Source: a virus (lineage: Duplodnaviria; Caudoviricetes). Taken from it: 64,000 nt of DNA. The notes below the pieces were generated by a model. That model saw only the letters and a list, made by a program, of their open reading frames with translations. It had not been told where the DNA came from and did no database searches. Location of the stretch: IMG/VR virus record IMGVR_UViG_3300044991_002130, positions 1 to 64,000 of that record, one strand, 5' to 3'. Below, in pieces: positions 1 through 10,744 of the stretch (its first letter is position 1; each line of letters begins with the position of its first letter). Position numbers and translations under genes: made by a program.

Positions 1-77
1 CGACGGATATTCCGACGGATATTGCGATAACGAAGTCACCCAGTAAGCAATTATAAACAATCATAAACAATAAAATT

Positions 78-482
78 ATGCCAAATACAACAAATAAAAC
101 TAAGAAAACTCCCATTAACATCGAATGGCCCGAAGGACATTTCACCATTGATGAAATGTGGCAAAAAGTCGGAGGAGTTGCGGTAATCCCAGCAATTACT
201 CTCCGGTTCCGGCTCAAGAAGGCCGAGGCCGATAACAAGTTGGTGGCCATCGGCAAGATTAAGCCGGTCATTGGCCGTCCAAAGCTGGTGTACACCAAGG
301 CGAACCCGTCCAAGGCAGTTCTCGATGCGGCAAAGGCCGCAGGAGTCCTCGAACTGGTCGATAAGAAGTCCACCGTCTCGGTGGGGGATGTCACATCCGA
401 CAAGAAGAAGGCGGTGGTGCCAGCAACTGCAACGGTCGCCGCCACAGCATCGACAGTGTCCGAACATACGCCAACTGTTTAA
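78..482 (+). CDS. hypothetical protein (possible winged-helix-like DNA-binding protein)
   Basis: 134-aa ORF, basic, GRPKLVY motif, followed by a terminator. Confidence 0.6.
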   Translation: MPNTTNKTKKTPINIEWPEGHFTIDEMWQKVGGVAVIPAITLRFRLKKAEADNKLVAIGKIKPVIGRPKLVYTKANPSKAVLDAAKAAGVLELVDKKSTVSVGDVTSDKKKAVVPATATVAATASTVSEHTPTV

Positions 483-501
483 AAATAACGTTATTACAAC
501 C

Positions 502-536
502 GAAAACCGCCGACAAGAAATTTGTCGGCGGTTTTC
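502..536 (+). terminator. intrinsic terminator hairpin
   Basis: GAAAACCGCCGACAA-gaaat-TTGTCGGCGGTTTTC inverted repeat. Confidence 0.75.
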
Positions 537-547
537 TATTTATACGC

Positions 548-1180
548 ATGGACAAAATACCAGTGCAGTACAAGAAGATACCATTGAACGAGGATTTATT
601 TTACAAATTCAATATGGGAAAAGGTCATTATGTATTATATGACTCTGGAATGGGAGACCCTGTATCTTATGGACAAATAAATAAAGTAGATGCGCCACTC
701 GTTGCAGAGGCCGAAAAAATTAAAGTTGGAAAGCGCCGTGCGTTTTATGTTTTGGATTATGTCATGAACAACAACGATGGATGGAAACTTGACCCAGCAA
801 AACCAAATGAAATGCAAAAAAATCCACCACCCAATTTCATGATGGGAAAAGGCAATTTTAAAATACCAAAATTGAAAAACGATTGGAGTCTCAATGAAAA
901 ACAATTTTATTGGTTTGATATGAAAGACCGACAAGTATTATATGACTCAGATATGGGAACCCCTGTGTCGTATGGAAGCAATGAACTTGTTAAAGGTTCG
1001 ATTAAAGGCATAGCAAAGGCAGTTCGAGAAGGCAAACATAGCAAATGTATAATCTGGTATTTTAAACGGGAAATGAACGGACAGTGGAAAAAACATATTA
1101 TGCCTATAACTTTGTCGTGGACACTGGATGATACAGAAAAACGAAATATAGTTAATGAAAAAAAGAATAGTCAAGTGTAA
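548..1180 (+). CDS. hypothetical protein with internal duplication
   Basis: 210-aa ORF; VLYDSxMGxPVSYG occurs twice. Confidence 0.7.
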   Translation: MDKIPVQYKKIPLNEDLFYKFNMGKGHYVLYDSGMGDPVSYGQINKVDAPLVAEAEKIKVGKRRAFYVLDYVMNNNDGWKLDPAKPNEMQKNPPPNFMMGKGNFKIPKLKNDWSLNEKQFYWFDMKDRQVLYDSDMGTPVSYGSNELVKGSIKGIAKAVREGKHSKCIIWYFKREMNGQWKKHIMPITLSWTLDDTEKRNIVNEKKNSQV

Positions 1181-1216
1181 GATTTAGTTGACTAACGCAA
1201 ATAAACAAGTAATATA

Positions 1217-1426
1217 ATGTATATGATTATTGATATATTGTCTATGGTGAAGAGTTGGGACATGGGATACCAATTCTTTTTTGTTATTATAATAGCAACA
1301 TTGGCTACATTTATAGGATTGGCTATCACGGGCGTTGTGGGAGATTTTTTAAACTGTACAATACCGACATTGGCCCACGGTCGTCCCGTAGAAACCGAAG
1401 ATTCTTCGGGTGAATCTGGCAAATAA
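1217..1426 (+). CDS. small membrane protein
   Basis: one hydrophobic segment; TTGACT-N16-TAATAT promoter upstream. Confidence 0.5.
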   Translation: MYMIIDILSMVKSWDMGYQFFFVIIIATLATFIGLAITGVVGDFLNCTIPTLAHGRPVETEDSSGESGK

Positions 1427-1466
1427 TTGCCGATTAAGTAAGGCAGTTCACTAATTATAGTGGTCT

Positions 1467-2279
1467 ATGAGCATAATCCTACCATTTAATACAAATTTCG
1501 CCGGTAATCCGGACGGGCTAATTGATGGTCAAAAGGGAACTCTATTCTACAAGAATGGTAATTTTTATAAGATAAATTATTCTGGAAGTGCGCATGATAA
1601 TTGGCATACGGTTGAATTTCAAGCATACAAAACCCCGACATATTTGCGAACAGAAGCGGATGAAAAATTAGTAGAATACGACCAGTCAACATATCTATAC
1701 ATTAAAAATAGCAATCTTGGAATACTCACCGGCTGGGAATTATTGAGCAACAAGGCGGCGTTCATTCCAAAGGAAACTCCTACTCCAACCACAACGCCGA
1801 CGCCAACGGTTACTCCGACAGTTACTCCGACGGTCACAACTACAACGACGGTCACTCCGACGACTACTACCACACCAACGGTAACCCCGACGACTACTCC
1901 GACAACTACTCCCACGGTTACTCCGACAATCACGGTTACTCCGACAATCACGGTTACTCCGACGGTAACTCACACGCCAAGAGCGTCCGCCACACCATTT
2001 CCAACGCTCACGGCAACTAGAACTCCGACGCCGACGCCAACGGTCACTCCGACAGTTACTCCGACGGTCACTCCGACTGTATCGTATTCTCCCACACCCA
2101 CCCCGACATTAACCCCGACCCCGACCGTCACGCCCACAATTACTAATACTCCCACGGTCACGCCCACACACACCGTGACGAGAACACCAACTCACACACC
2201 AACTCCAACTCCCACAGTAACGCCGACATATGGTGGACTGATGGGATATGCACCGGGCGGCTATATGATTTTTCCATAA
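1467..2279 (+). CDS. Thr/Pro-rich mucin-like repeat protein, probably virion-associated
   Basis: about 150 aa of TPTV/TPTP repeats. Confidence 0.75.
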   Translation: MSIILPFNTNFAGNPDGLIDGQKGTLFYKNGNFYKINYSGSAHDNWHTVEFQAYKTPTYLRTEADEKLVEYDQSTYLYIKNSNLGILTGWELLSNKAAFIPKETPTPTTTPTPTVTPTVTPTVTTTTTVTPTTTTTPTVTPTTTPTTTPTVTPTITVTPTITVTPTVTHTPRASATPFPTLTATRTPTPTPTVTPTVTPTVTPTVSYSPTPTPTLTPTPTVTPTITNTPTVTPTHTVTRTPTHTPTPTPTVTPTYGGLMGYAPGGYMIFP

Positions 2280-2295
2280 ATTTTTACTAAATGTT

Positions 2296-4734
2296 ATGAT
2301 TAATCCAAAAGAAATTACATTTGTAATTCCGATATTCAACTTAAAAGAGCATAGGATAAATAATTTAAAATTTATTTTGCCGTATATTCTCAAGACCGGG
2401 TGTGAGGTAATAGTAGCGGAACAAACCGCGAATGGTACCTCAAGTATAACAAATTTGGTCGGAGAGAATTCTGGGGTTAGACATTTGATATACAAACATC
2501 CCAGTGAGAAAATACACAAGACCGGAATAATAAACTGGGCAACTAAGAATCATGTATCTACGAAATATGTATGGGCGAACGACGCAGATTTTTACATGAA
2601 ATTTAGCGAGGCTCTGAACGAATTGCCAGCGGGAGATTTCATTCAACCTTACTCAGCCGCAAAAAAATTGTTTGCCAAAGATACCGAGGAAATCATTTCC
2701 GGAAATTACTTGACGGTTTCGTACGAGGATGTGACCGCTGAATATCTTTCATTGTATGGGGCATTATCTTTTATATTCAACCGAGATAAATTTATAGAAA
2801 TCGGCGGCATGGACGAAACTTTATTTGGCTGGGCAAAAGAAGATGAGGTACTGTCAGCGAAGATTGCATCGCTTGGATATAGCGTAGAAGTGGGACAGCC
2901 GAAAGGAATTCATCTGTGGCATCCTCCGGAGATTGATTCTATTTCTATCGCAATAAAAGACGTCGCAATAATTACTTGTCATTTCAATTGGACAAACTAT
3001 GTAAATCCCGTAAGAAATTTAAATAGATTCTTGGACGAAATGGCAGCGGAAGGAATTCCTGTATATGGAGTGGAACTATCATTGACCGATACTTTCGTAA
3101 CCCGGACTAGAGAAAATTGGAAACATATCCGAGTGGATGAAACTAATGTATGCTTTCAAAAAGAGGCATGTGTAAATTTGGTGGAGAAACTTGTTCCGGA
3201 ATGCTATAAAAAAATAGCGTGGATAGACTCAGATTTGCATTTCACGAATAGAAACTGGTATCAAGAAATGTCCAGAAAGTTGGACAAATACAAGCTTGTT
3301 CAATTATACGAGAGTGGAAGTGACACGGACAAATTTGGAAAGATAACTTCTACAATAAGTGGAATTGTGGCGGCGGGAGGACCAAGACTTGGACCGAAAT
3401 ATTTTGGACATCCCGGAGGAGCGTGGGCCGCACAGAGAAGTTTTTGGGAGAACGGTGGACTTTATTGTCATTCATTTATGGGGGCTGGCGACACTCTGTT
3501 AGTAAATACTATTTATAATATTTATGACGGCAATACTGAGCCGACCGCTGGGATATATTTGGAGTGGAAAAAGAAAATCCAGCTATATGTAAATAAACAT
3601 GAAATTTCGTACGTCAAGGGCAAGTTTATTCATGAGTGGCATGGGGATAAATTTGAGAGAGGATACGGGAGTCGTAATCAAATTGTAGCAAAAATAGATA
3701 TTGATAAGCACGTAGTTTTGGATTGCAATGGTATAATAAAAATTAAAGATGTACCCGGAAGTATCTACGAAGAAATATTGTTATACTTTAATTCCAGAAA
3801 AGAGGACGGGAATTTATCCGGCAACATAAATCAATGGCAAAAAGACATGGCGGTCGTAGCTGTCCATTTTAATTGGGCAGGGTTCGAATCGCCAGTTAGG
3901 AATTTGAATAGATTTATATTAGAGATGGAGTCTGAAAATATACCACTCTATGGCGTTGAACTATCATTGACCGGAAAATTTGTCACTGAACGATACCCAA
4001 ATTGGATTAAGGTTAGGGTAAATAAAGAAAACGTTTGTTTTCAAAAAGAGGCGTGTGTAAATTTAGCCGAGAAATTCATCCCCGATAAGTACAAAAAGAT
4101 TGCGTGGATAGATCACGATATATATTTTAAAAATAGAAACTGGTATCGAGAAACATCCGATAAACTCAACTCCGCGAGAGTAGTTCAAATGTTTTCAGAA
4201 GAAATATTTACCGATAGGTTCGGCGAGGAAATATCCACAATACCTTCTCTTATGAAGATTGGTGGGCCTATGGCGGAAACGGCGGTCGGTAAATATATAG
4301 GAACCCCCGGCGCAGCGTTGGCTGCGCAAAGAGATTTATGGCGAAATGGCGGAGGGCTATATCCATACTCTATTATGGGAGGAGGAGATACTGTATTATT
4401 GTACACAATATATAGAAATTCGAAGAACACATCCGCAACGTCAGCGTCCGGGGCAGCAAAAAAATTCAAACCCTACGAAATGTGGAAAAACTCTATCCAA
4501 GCATGGGCTCAGGAATCTTGTTCGTGTATAGAAGGAGAAATTGTGCATTCTTGGCACGGAGATAGAAAAAATAGATCATATGTTGACAGGCACACCATAT
4601 CGGCAGAAATTAACTGGGACAAATGTATTTCTATCAACAAACGTGGAATTGTTCAAATAAAAAATGTAACCGATGCAACATACTCCGCAATACTAAATTA
4701 TTTCAATGGTAGAAACGAAGACGGAAAATTATGA
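2296..4734 (+). CDS. multidomain glycosyltransferase (GT2/GT7-like N-terminus plus two tandem GT-A-like domains)
   Basis: ITFVIP, DAD, GGMDE..GWAKED, HLWH; duplicated FQKEACVNL..KKIAWIDxD..MGxGD..HxWHGD blocks. Confidence 0.75.
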   Translation: MINPKEITFVIPIFNLKEHRINNLKFILPYILKTGCEVIVAEQTANGTSSITNLVGENSGVRHLIYKHPSEKIHKTGIINWATKNHVSTKYVWANDADFYMKFSEALNELPAGDFIQPYSAAKKLFAKDTEEIISGNYLTVSYEDVTAEYLSLYGALSFIFNRDKFIEIGGMDETLFGWAKEDEVLSAKIASLGYSVEVGQPKGIHLWHPPEIDSISIAIKDVAIITCHFNWTNYVNPVRNLNRFLDEMAAEGIPVYGVELSLTDTFVTRTRENWKHIRVDETNVCFQKEACVNLVEKLVPECYKKIAWIDSDLHFTNRNWYQEMSRKLDKYKLVQLYESGSDTDKFGKITSTISGIVAAGGPRLGPKYFGHPGGAWAAQRSFWENGGLYCHSFMGAGDTLLVNTIYNIYDGNTEPTAGIYLEWKKKIQLYVNKHEISYVKGKFIHEWHGDKFERGYGSRNQIVAKIDIDKHVVLDCNGIIKIKDVPGSIYEEILLYFNSRKEDGNLSGNINQWQKDMAVVAVHFNWAGFESPVRNLNRFILEMESENIPLYGVELSLTGKFVTERYPNWIKVRVNKENVCFQKEACVNLAEKFIPDKYKKIAWIDHDIYFKNRNWYRETSDKLNSARVVQMFSEEIFTDRFGEEISTIPSLMKIGGPMAETAVGKYIGTPGAALAAQRDLWRNGGGLYPYSIMGGGDTVLLYTIYRNSKNTSATSASGAAKKFKPYEMWKNSIQAWAQESCSCIEGEIVHSWHGDRKNRSYVDRHTISAEINWDKCISINKRGIVQIKNVTDATYSAILNYFNGRNEDGKL

Positions 4735-5225
4735 AATTAAATACACACGAACAATACATAAAACAGTTGGCCGAGACTCCTTATTTCGATGGCCGATGGC
4801 CATATTACTCGGTTGTTGGACAAGAAGCCGAAAAAATGAATCCCGGTAGCGTGTTGGAGCTTGGGGCCGCAGGATTTCCTATATTTGTCGACGGCACGAC
4901 TATGGATATACATCAAAAGTTTTCTCCTACTGTAAAACATGATGGTCGAGTGTCTCCATGGCCATTCAAGGATAAAACATTCGATTTGTTTATTTCTTTA
5001 CAAGTGTGGGAACACCTAGACAACAAACAAGGTCAAGCCTTCAACGAAGTTCGCCGAGTTGCAAAGTCGGCAATATTAAGCTTTCCGTATAAGTGGAAAA
5101 CCGCCGACCCATTAGATTTTCATAACAATTTAGACGAGACTATATTTGCAAAATGGACAGGAAACTTACCGGCCAGAACAATCTTAATCGGAACGCGAAT
5201 GATATATATATTTGATACCTTGTAA
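4731..5225 (+). CDS. class I SAM-dependent methyltransferase-like protein
   Basis: VLELGA motif I; PWPFKDKTFDL..QVWEHL. Confidence 0.65.
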   Translation: MKLNTHEQYIKQLAETPYFDGRWPYYSVVGQEAEKMNPGSVLELGAAGFPIFVDGTTMDIHQKFSPTVKHDGRVSPWPFKDKTFDLFISLQVWEHLDNKQGQAFNEVRRVAKSAILSFPYKWKTADPLDFHNNLDETIFAKWTGNLPARTILIGTRMIYIFDTL

Positions 5226-5839
5226 TGAAGCACATTATAGCAACAAGATGTAGTTTTGAAGACTCGATATTATTCGATAAATATTTATCGGTGATGCGGT
5301 CCGTATACATACCATCATTATCCACACAAACTAACAAAAATTTTTCTGTGTACATAATGATACACCCCCAACATAAAGATGTAATAGAAAACGCATTTAA
5401 AGATTCTGGTGTGCATATAATAACCTGCGTATGCGGGTCACTATTGGAGTTTTCTAAGTTGCTAATGAATACTGGTGCCGAGATTCAAACTCGACACGAT
5501 TGCGACGACTGGATGGCCGACAGTTATATTGACGACATTCAGAAATGTTATTTGGAGGAATCGAAACTTTGCGATACATTTCTAATACAGGCCCAGCCAA
5601 CCAAATATGAAATAAGCAGCGGACACGAATACTCAATGACTAAATACGGCCCATTTAAAACTTCTATGTTTTTGAGCCTGTGTCAAAAATTAAAAGTTCG
5701 CGGTATAATGGATTTTAAACATAATGAATACTGGAAACACGTCCCAGTTGTCAAAGATTTGCCTAGTGGACTTGTTAAATGGACGGTTCACGGGAACAAT
5801 TTGACCGCCAAGATTAATCCAAACGACAAAAAAATATGA
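5225..5839 (+). CDS. putative glycosyltransferase (rhamnosyltransferase-like)
   Basis: PSLSTQTNKNF, TRHDCDD, VHGNN motifs. Confidence 0.6.
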   Translation: MKHIIATRCSFEDSILFDKYLSVMRSVYIPSLSTQTNKNFSVYIMIHPQHKDVIENAFKDSGVHIITCVCGSLLEFSKLLMNTGAEIQTRHDCDDWMADSYIDDIQKCYLEESKLCDTFLIQAQPTKYEISSGHEYSMTKYGPFKTSMFLSLCQKLKVRGIMDFKHNEYWKHVPVVKDLPSGLVKWTVHGNNLTAKINPNDKKI

Positions 5840-6417
5840 AGACTGCGCACATAGTAGGAAAAGGCACCACGGCAAAGTCGATAAAAAGGGCAGATTTTCC
5901 AAACGACATTTTGGTTGGAATCAACCACGGGGCTATGTTTATAGATGAATTGGACTATATTTTCGCAAACGATGTAGAAGGATTGGAAGGAATGGCCGAC
6001 GAAAAGTTCAACCATGTTAAAAACATAGCAATACCCGAGCATCCGCACGTACAAGGAATTCCTCGCGCCGATATAACTTATAAGCGAGTAGTTGATAAAT
6101 TTCCGGGGAAACCAATAAATTTTATAATCTACAATTTGTTCACATGGAAGCCCCAGAACCCCGATTTGCCAACACCGGAGAGAGCAAATACCTCGGCTGG
6201 AATGGCAGTGGGATATTTATTAAAATATGAAAATGTGAAGCAATTTGAGTTGTATGGGATAGGAAAAGGAAATGGATATCACCAGACCGTATTAGATATA
6301 TTACCAAAAGAACAAGTAAAATTTAAGAACAATTGGGACGGGCAGCGGAAAGATGATTTGATTGAGAGTATAATAAAGGCGTGTGCCAAATATAATGCCA
6401 AGGTAAATTTTAACTAA
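5836..6417 (+). CDS. putative glycosyltransferase-associated protein (sialyltransferase/DUF115-like fold)
   Basis: AHIVGKG, IN, TSA..A, ELYGI pattern; lies within the glycan cluster. Confidence 0.45.
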   Translation: MKTAHIVGKGTTAKSIKRADFPNDILVGINHGAMFIDELDYIFANDVEGLEGMADEKFNHVKNIAIPEHPHVQGIPRADITYKRVVDKFPGKPINFIIYNLFTWKPQNPDLPTPERANTSAGMAVGYLLKYENVKQFELYGIGKGNGYHQTVLDILPKEQVKFKNNWDGQRKDDLIESIIKACAKYNAKVNFN

Positions 6418-6419
6418 TT

Positions 6420-7046
6420 ATGATAACAATAGCATCTGTATTAAGGTCGGGTGGAGATTATAATGCTTCACATGTCGCTATTCTAGAAGCGTCCGTAAAA
6501 AAACATTTATCGGTCGAACATTCGTTCGTATGTTTATCGGATGTAGAATGTGGAGTTGAGCGAATCCCCCTCACCGACGGCTGGTCCGGTTGGTGGTCTA
6601 AATTGGAACTTTTTAAAATACCGGGACCAGTCATTTATTTTGACTTGGATACTATTATAATAAATAATTTAGATTCTATAGTAGAAAAAATGTTAGTCCC
6701 CGAATTCTGTATATTACGAGATGTTTTCATCGGGAAGAAAGACCCACACTCAATGCAATCAAGTGTGATGTCGTGGCGTGGAGATATGAGTGAGTTATAT
6801 AAAACATTTCTGGAGTCTCCCGAGAAATATATTAAATTATACAAAGGAGACCAAGATTTTATATATGCACAACTTGGGAAAACCAGAGCTGCGTATTATC
6901 AAGATATATTGCCAAACAATATTATGAGTTATAAAGCACATCTCAGAGGTAAACCAATACCACCGGAAACTAAAATAGTGATATTTCACGGATTACCCAG
7001 ACCATGGCAACAAACTCAAATTCCTTATGATAATATTAAAAAATAA
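6420..7046 (+). CDS. glycosyltransferase (GT8-like)
   Basis: GWWSKLELF, YFDLD, GDQDFI, FHGLPRPW. Confidence 0.75.
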   Translation: MITIASVLRSGGDYNASHVAILEASVKKHLSVEHSFVCLSDVECGVERIPLTDGWSGWWSKLELFKIPGPVIYFDLDTIIINNLDSIVEKMLVPEFCILRDVFIGKKDPHSMQSSVMSWRGDMSELYKTFLESPEKYIKLYKGDQDFIYAQLGKTRAAYYQDILPNNIMSYKAHLRGKPIPPETKIVIFHGLPRPWQQTQIPYDNIKK

Positions 7047-7644
7047 TTGGTGGGTTCCTGAAATAGATACACACTGCTTTCAGGCGGTGTTAAAAGAAGT
7101 CGAGGCCGTCGATGAACTCGCCAACCTTTGCAAGACCAAGCGGGTGTGTATCCAAGCGGGAGGAAATCTCGGAATTTGGCCAAAAAAGCTATCTACTATA
7201 TTCGACTCGGTGTACACATTTGAACCCGACTTGGAAAATTGGCAAGCCCTTGAAAAAAATTTGGTCGGTATAAATAATATACATGCAAAAAATTGCGCGC
7301 TTGGAGCAATTCCGGGAAAAGTATCAATAGATAGACTGAAACCGAATAATGTTGGAGCGCACCAAGTTAAAGATGGGGCGGACACAGAAAGAATAACTAT
7401 AGATAGTTTAAATTTGTCCGAAGTTAGTCTTATACAACTGGACGTGGAGGGAAGTGAACATGATGCGATATTGGGAGCAAAAGCTACTTTATTGCGAAGT
7501 AATCCTATTGTTGTATTGGAGTTAAAGGGGTTGGGAAAGCGGTATGGACATTCCGACGCAAATACGGTAAAACTGCTCGGAGAGTTGGGATTTTCTCATA
7601 TAAAAACCATCAAGCGCGACTGGGTATTTTCGAAACTTTCTTGA
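7027..7644 (+). CDS. FkbM family methyltransferase
   Basis: QAGGNLG, VYTFEP, LIQLDVEGSE. Confidence 0.85.
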   Translation: MIILKNNWWVPEIDTHCFQAVLKEVEAVDELANLCKTKRVCIQAGGNLGIWPKKLSTIFDSVYTFEPDLENWQALEKNLVGINNIHAKNCALGAIPGKVSIDRLKPNNVGAHQVKDGADTERITIDSLNLSEVSLIQLDVEGSEHDAILGAKATLLRSNPIVVLELKGLGKRYGHSDANTVKLLGELGFSHIKTIKRDWVFSKLS

Positions 7645-7674
7645 CATCTAATAAAAATTATCTAAGATGGGTAT

Positions 7675-8121
7675 ATGAAACCCAATTTATTTGTTATGGT
7701 AGGAATTAGCGGCTCTGGAAAGAGCACCTATTCCAACAAGTTGAAGACCGACTTTTCAGCCGAACTGGTCGAGACCGATGCAATTCGCGTGGAATTGAGC
7801 GGAGATGCACAAGACCAGACCCAAAATGGTCGAGTATTTTCCGTTGCCAAGGACCGCGTCGCGAAGTATTTGGCGGAGGGAAAGAATGTTATTATCGACG
7901 CGACCAGTCTGTCTATCAAGGACCGTAAGGATTGGGTCGAGATTGGCAAAGCCAACTCGGCGCTCATCAATGCTTATTTTGTAGATACGCCAGTCAATGT
8001 CGCTAAACAGAGAAATTCTTCTCGTTTGCGCCAAGTTCCGGAGTGGGTTATCGACAAGCAAGCATCTAAGCTACACGCCCCGACTCGTTCTGAGGGATTT
8101 GATGCGGTTTCCGTGGTATAA
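7675..8121 (+). CDS. polynucleotide kinase-like P-loop kinase (AAA_33)
   Basis: GISGSGKST, D..R, IIDAT, RNxxR. Confidence 0.8.
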   Translation: MKPNLFVMVGISGSGKSTYSNKLKTDFSAELVETDAIRVELSGDAQDQTQNGRVFSVAKDRVAKYLAEGKNVIIDATSLSIKDRKDWVEIGKANSALINAYFVDTPVNVAKQRNSSRLRQVPEWVIDKQASKLHAPTRSEGFDAVSVV

Positions 8122-8143
8122 CACCGAGTCAAACTGTTCCAAT

Positions 8144-10699
8144 ATGTACCAAGCTATTTACTGCGAGCACAAGACCGGCATTGTTCATCTATGGGACGAT
8201 ATAAATGGATATGTAAATTTTAAACACAAGCCATACGCATATAAACGTTCCCAAAATGGGAAGTATATGTCGATTTATGGCGATAAGCTAGACCGGGTAG
8301 AGAAGTATAATTTCAAAGACCCATCATTATTTGAATCCGACGTTCCGTGGGATACCCGCGTTCTGATTGATGCGTACACCGACAGTGATGAAATGAGCAT
8401 AAATCACCGGATTGCAATTTTGGACATTGAAACGGATTCCACCGGAGGATATCCCAACATAGAAATTCCGGAGCAAAAAATCACCGCTATTGCATTGAGG
8501 GATGATGCGAACGACAAGTATTACTGTCTTGTTTTGGACGAGGAAAACGTTGTGGCGGACGAAGTGACCGGAAATATTAATATTTTAGGATATCGAACTG
8601 AGCAGTCACTGTTGACGGAGTTTCTTAAGAGATGGCGCAGCGTGAACCCGACGATTGCCACTGGGTGGAATACTGATGGATTTGACTTCATGTATCTATC
8701 GGCTCGATTGGACGCCGTGTTAGGAGATGGCGCAAAAAATGGTTTATCTCCTATCAATGTTTGCTATTTCAATAAATATAAAGACAAGATGACGATTGCC
8801 GGAGTCAATTGTCTGGATTATCTTGTTCTATATAAAAAGTATAGCGGAAAGAACCTACCAAACTATCGACTAGATACCGTCGCAAAAGAGGAGTTGAAAG
8901 AGGGAAAGATTGTGTATCAAGGGTCGCTTGATAGCTTAAAACGCACAGACATTAAAAAATTCATCGAGTATAATTTACACGACGTTGTGTTAATCAAACG
9001 ACTGAATGATTCTCTCCAATTTATTGAATTGGCGATGTCGATTTGTCACGTATGTCACGTGGGTTATGAAGAGTTTCATGTGTCGTCCAAATTCTTGGAA
9101 GGCGCGTTGCTAACGTATCTTAGGAGAAAGCATTTGGTTGCACCAAACAAACGACCAAAGTCCGAAGAAGATATAGACGATTTAGCAATTTCCGACGGAG
9201 ATGATGATGACGACGACGTTGGATTTGAGGGTGCTTATGTAAAAGACCCAATCCCCGGTAGATACGATTGGATTTGTAGCGCGGACATCAATTCGCTGTA
9301 TCCATCGGTTATTATGAGTTTGAATATTTCGCCCGAGACAAAGCTGGATGTTATAGCCGAGTGGAGTCCTGAGAAATTAATCAAGAAGTCTGCCGATACA
9401 ATTCAATTTGCCGGTGACCCATATACATACGCACAGTTCTCGGAAATTGTGACGGAGAACAATCTATCTGTGAGTTCAAACGGCGTAGTTTACGATCAAA
9501 ACAAGCTCGGTTGTATTCCCGATATTTTGAAAACGTGGTTCGCCGAACGTCTGGAGTTTAAAACCAAGATGAAAGACGCGAGCAATCGCATGAAGAAAAG
9601 TAATTCACCGGAGGATAAGGCTGACTACGTTTTCTGGAAGAGGCGACAACACGTGCAGAAGATTCTGTTGAATTCTCTGTATGGTGTATTGGGATTGTCT
9701 GTGTTTAGATTTTACGACTTAGACAATGCCGCCGCAGTTACATTAACTGGGCAAGATATCATTAAAACTTCGGCGAAGTACGTAAATGGTAAATTCAATA
9801 AACGTTGCAATAGTACAGACAAGGACTATGTAGTTTACATTGATACCGACTCATTGTACTTGGACATAAACTCGCTGGCAATACATGACAAAATTGTGGA
9901 CATTAAACCGTACGCAATTAAAACTATCAAAGAAGTTGAGGCGGATTTAAATAATTTTTACGTCGTCATGATGTTGAGAATGTTCAACTCGACCGACAAT
10001 CGAATCAAAATCGCCGCCGATGTTGTGGCACAGTCCGCTTTCTGGGTTGTTAAAAAGCGTTATGCCATGCATAAAGTGTATAACATGGAAGAAAGCAAAG
10101 ACATGGACGACATTGAAATCAAGGGACTAGACGTTGTTAGGTCGTCTTATCCGAGGAAATTCCGAGATTTCATGAGTTCTGTATTGTCCGATATTCTCAA
10201 AGGTACTACTAATTTGGCTCTAAACACTAAGGTATTGGAGTTCAAGCGAACAATGCCATCATTCAATTTAGAGGACGTGGCAAAAAATACATCCGTTAGA
10301 TTCATCTCAAATACTGCCGCTAAGACAAACTTTAATCCACCAAGCCGGGAGCCATTCCAGTTTGTGTATGGGGCCACGGCACAATGTAAAGCTTCACTTG
10401 CATATAACGACATGTTGAAGAATTATAATGAGGGTGGAACCGAGCCGATATTGAGCGGAGGAAAAATCAAGTGGGTTTATCTCAGAGACAATCCATTTGG
10501 GTTGAATGGTATGGCGTTCAAAGATGACGGAAAAGACCCACAAGTAATAATGGATTTTATTTTGACATACATCGACCGAGAAGCTATATGGAACTCGGAA
10601 TTGGAAAAGAAATTGAAAGCATTCTACGAAGCATTGCGTTGGGATTTTTATTGCGACGAAATTGAGGCCGTTCAACAATTTTTCACATTTGACGATTAA
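8144..10699 (+). CDS. family B DNA polymerase (T4 gp43-like)
   Basis: exonuclease DIET and YN..D motifs; polymerase DINSLYPS, KILLNSLYG, YIDTDS, KKRY; start set at MYQAIY (8144). Confidence 0.97.
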   Translation: MYQAIYCEHKTGIVHLWDDINGYVNFKHKPYAYKRSQNGKYMSIYGDKLDRVEKYNFKDPSLFESDVPWDTRVLIDAYTDSDEMSINHRIAILDIETDSTGGYPNIEIPEQKITAIALRDDANDKYYCLVLDEENVVADEVTGNINILGYRTEQSLLTEFLKRWRSVNPTIATGWNTDGFDFMYLSARLDAVLGDGAKNGLSPINVCYFNKYKDKMTIAGVNCLDYLVLYKKYSGKNLPNYRLDTVAKEELKEGKIVYQGSLDSLKRTDIKKFIEYNLHDVVLIKRLNDSLQFIELAMSICHVCHVGYEEFHVSSKFLEGALLTYLRRKHLVAPNKRPKSEEDIDDLAISDGDDDDDDVGFEGAYVKDPIPGRYDWICSADINSLYPSVIMSLNISPETKLDVIAEWSPEKLIKKSADTIQFAGDPYTYAQFSEIVTENNLSVSSNGVVYDQNKLGCIPDILKTWFAERLEFKTKMKDASNRMKKSNSPEDKADYVFWKRRQHVQKILLNSLYGVLGLSVFRFYDLDNAAAVTLTGQDIIKTSAKYVNGKFNKRCNSTDKDYVVYIDTDSLYLDINSLAIHDKIVDIKPYAIKTIKEVEADLNNFYVVMMLRMFNSTDNRIKIAADVVAQSAFWVVKKRYAMHKVYNMEESKDMDDIEIKGLDVVRSSYPRKFRDFMSSVLSDILKGTTNLALNTKVLEFKRTMPSFNLEDVAKNTSVRFISNTAAKTNFNPPSREPFQFVYGATAQCKASLAYNDMLKNYNEGGTEPILSGGKIKWVYLRDNPFGLNGMAFKDDGKDPQVIMDFILTYIDREAIWNSELEKKLKAFYEALRWDFYCDEIEAVQQFFTFDD

Positions 10700-10744
10700 C
10701 GTTGACAAACGTTCTTGGAAATGTAACATCGAACAATATTTATT

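Noticed and set aside
1619-2173. Val/Gly-rich reverse-strand ORFs
   Set aside because: Antisense shadows of the Thr/Pro repeat gene
7997-8143. N-terminal extension of the DNA polymerase in the ORF track
   Set aside because: Overlaps the upstream kinase gene; ATG at 8144 is the plausible start
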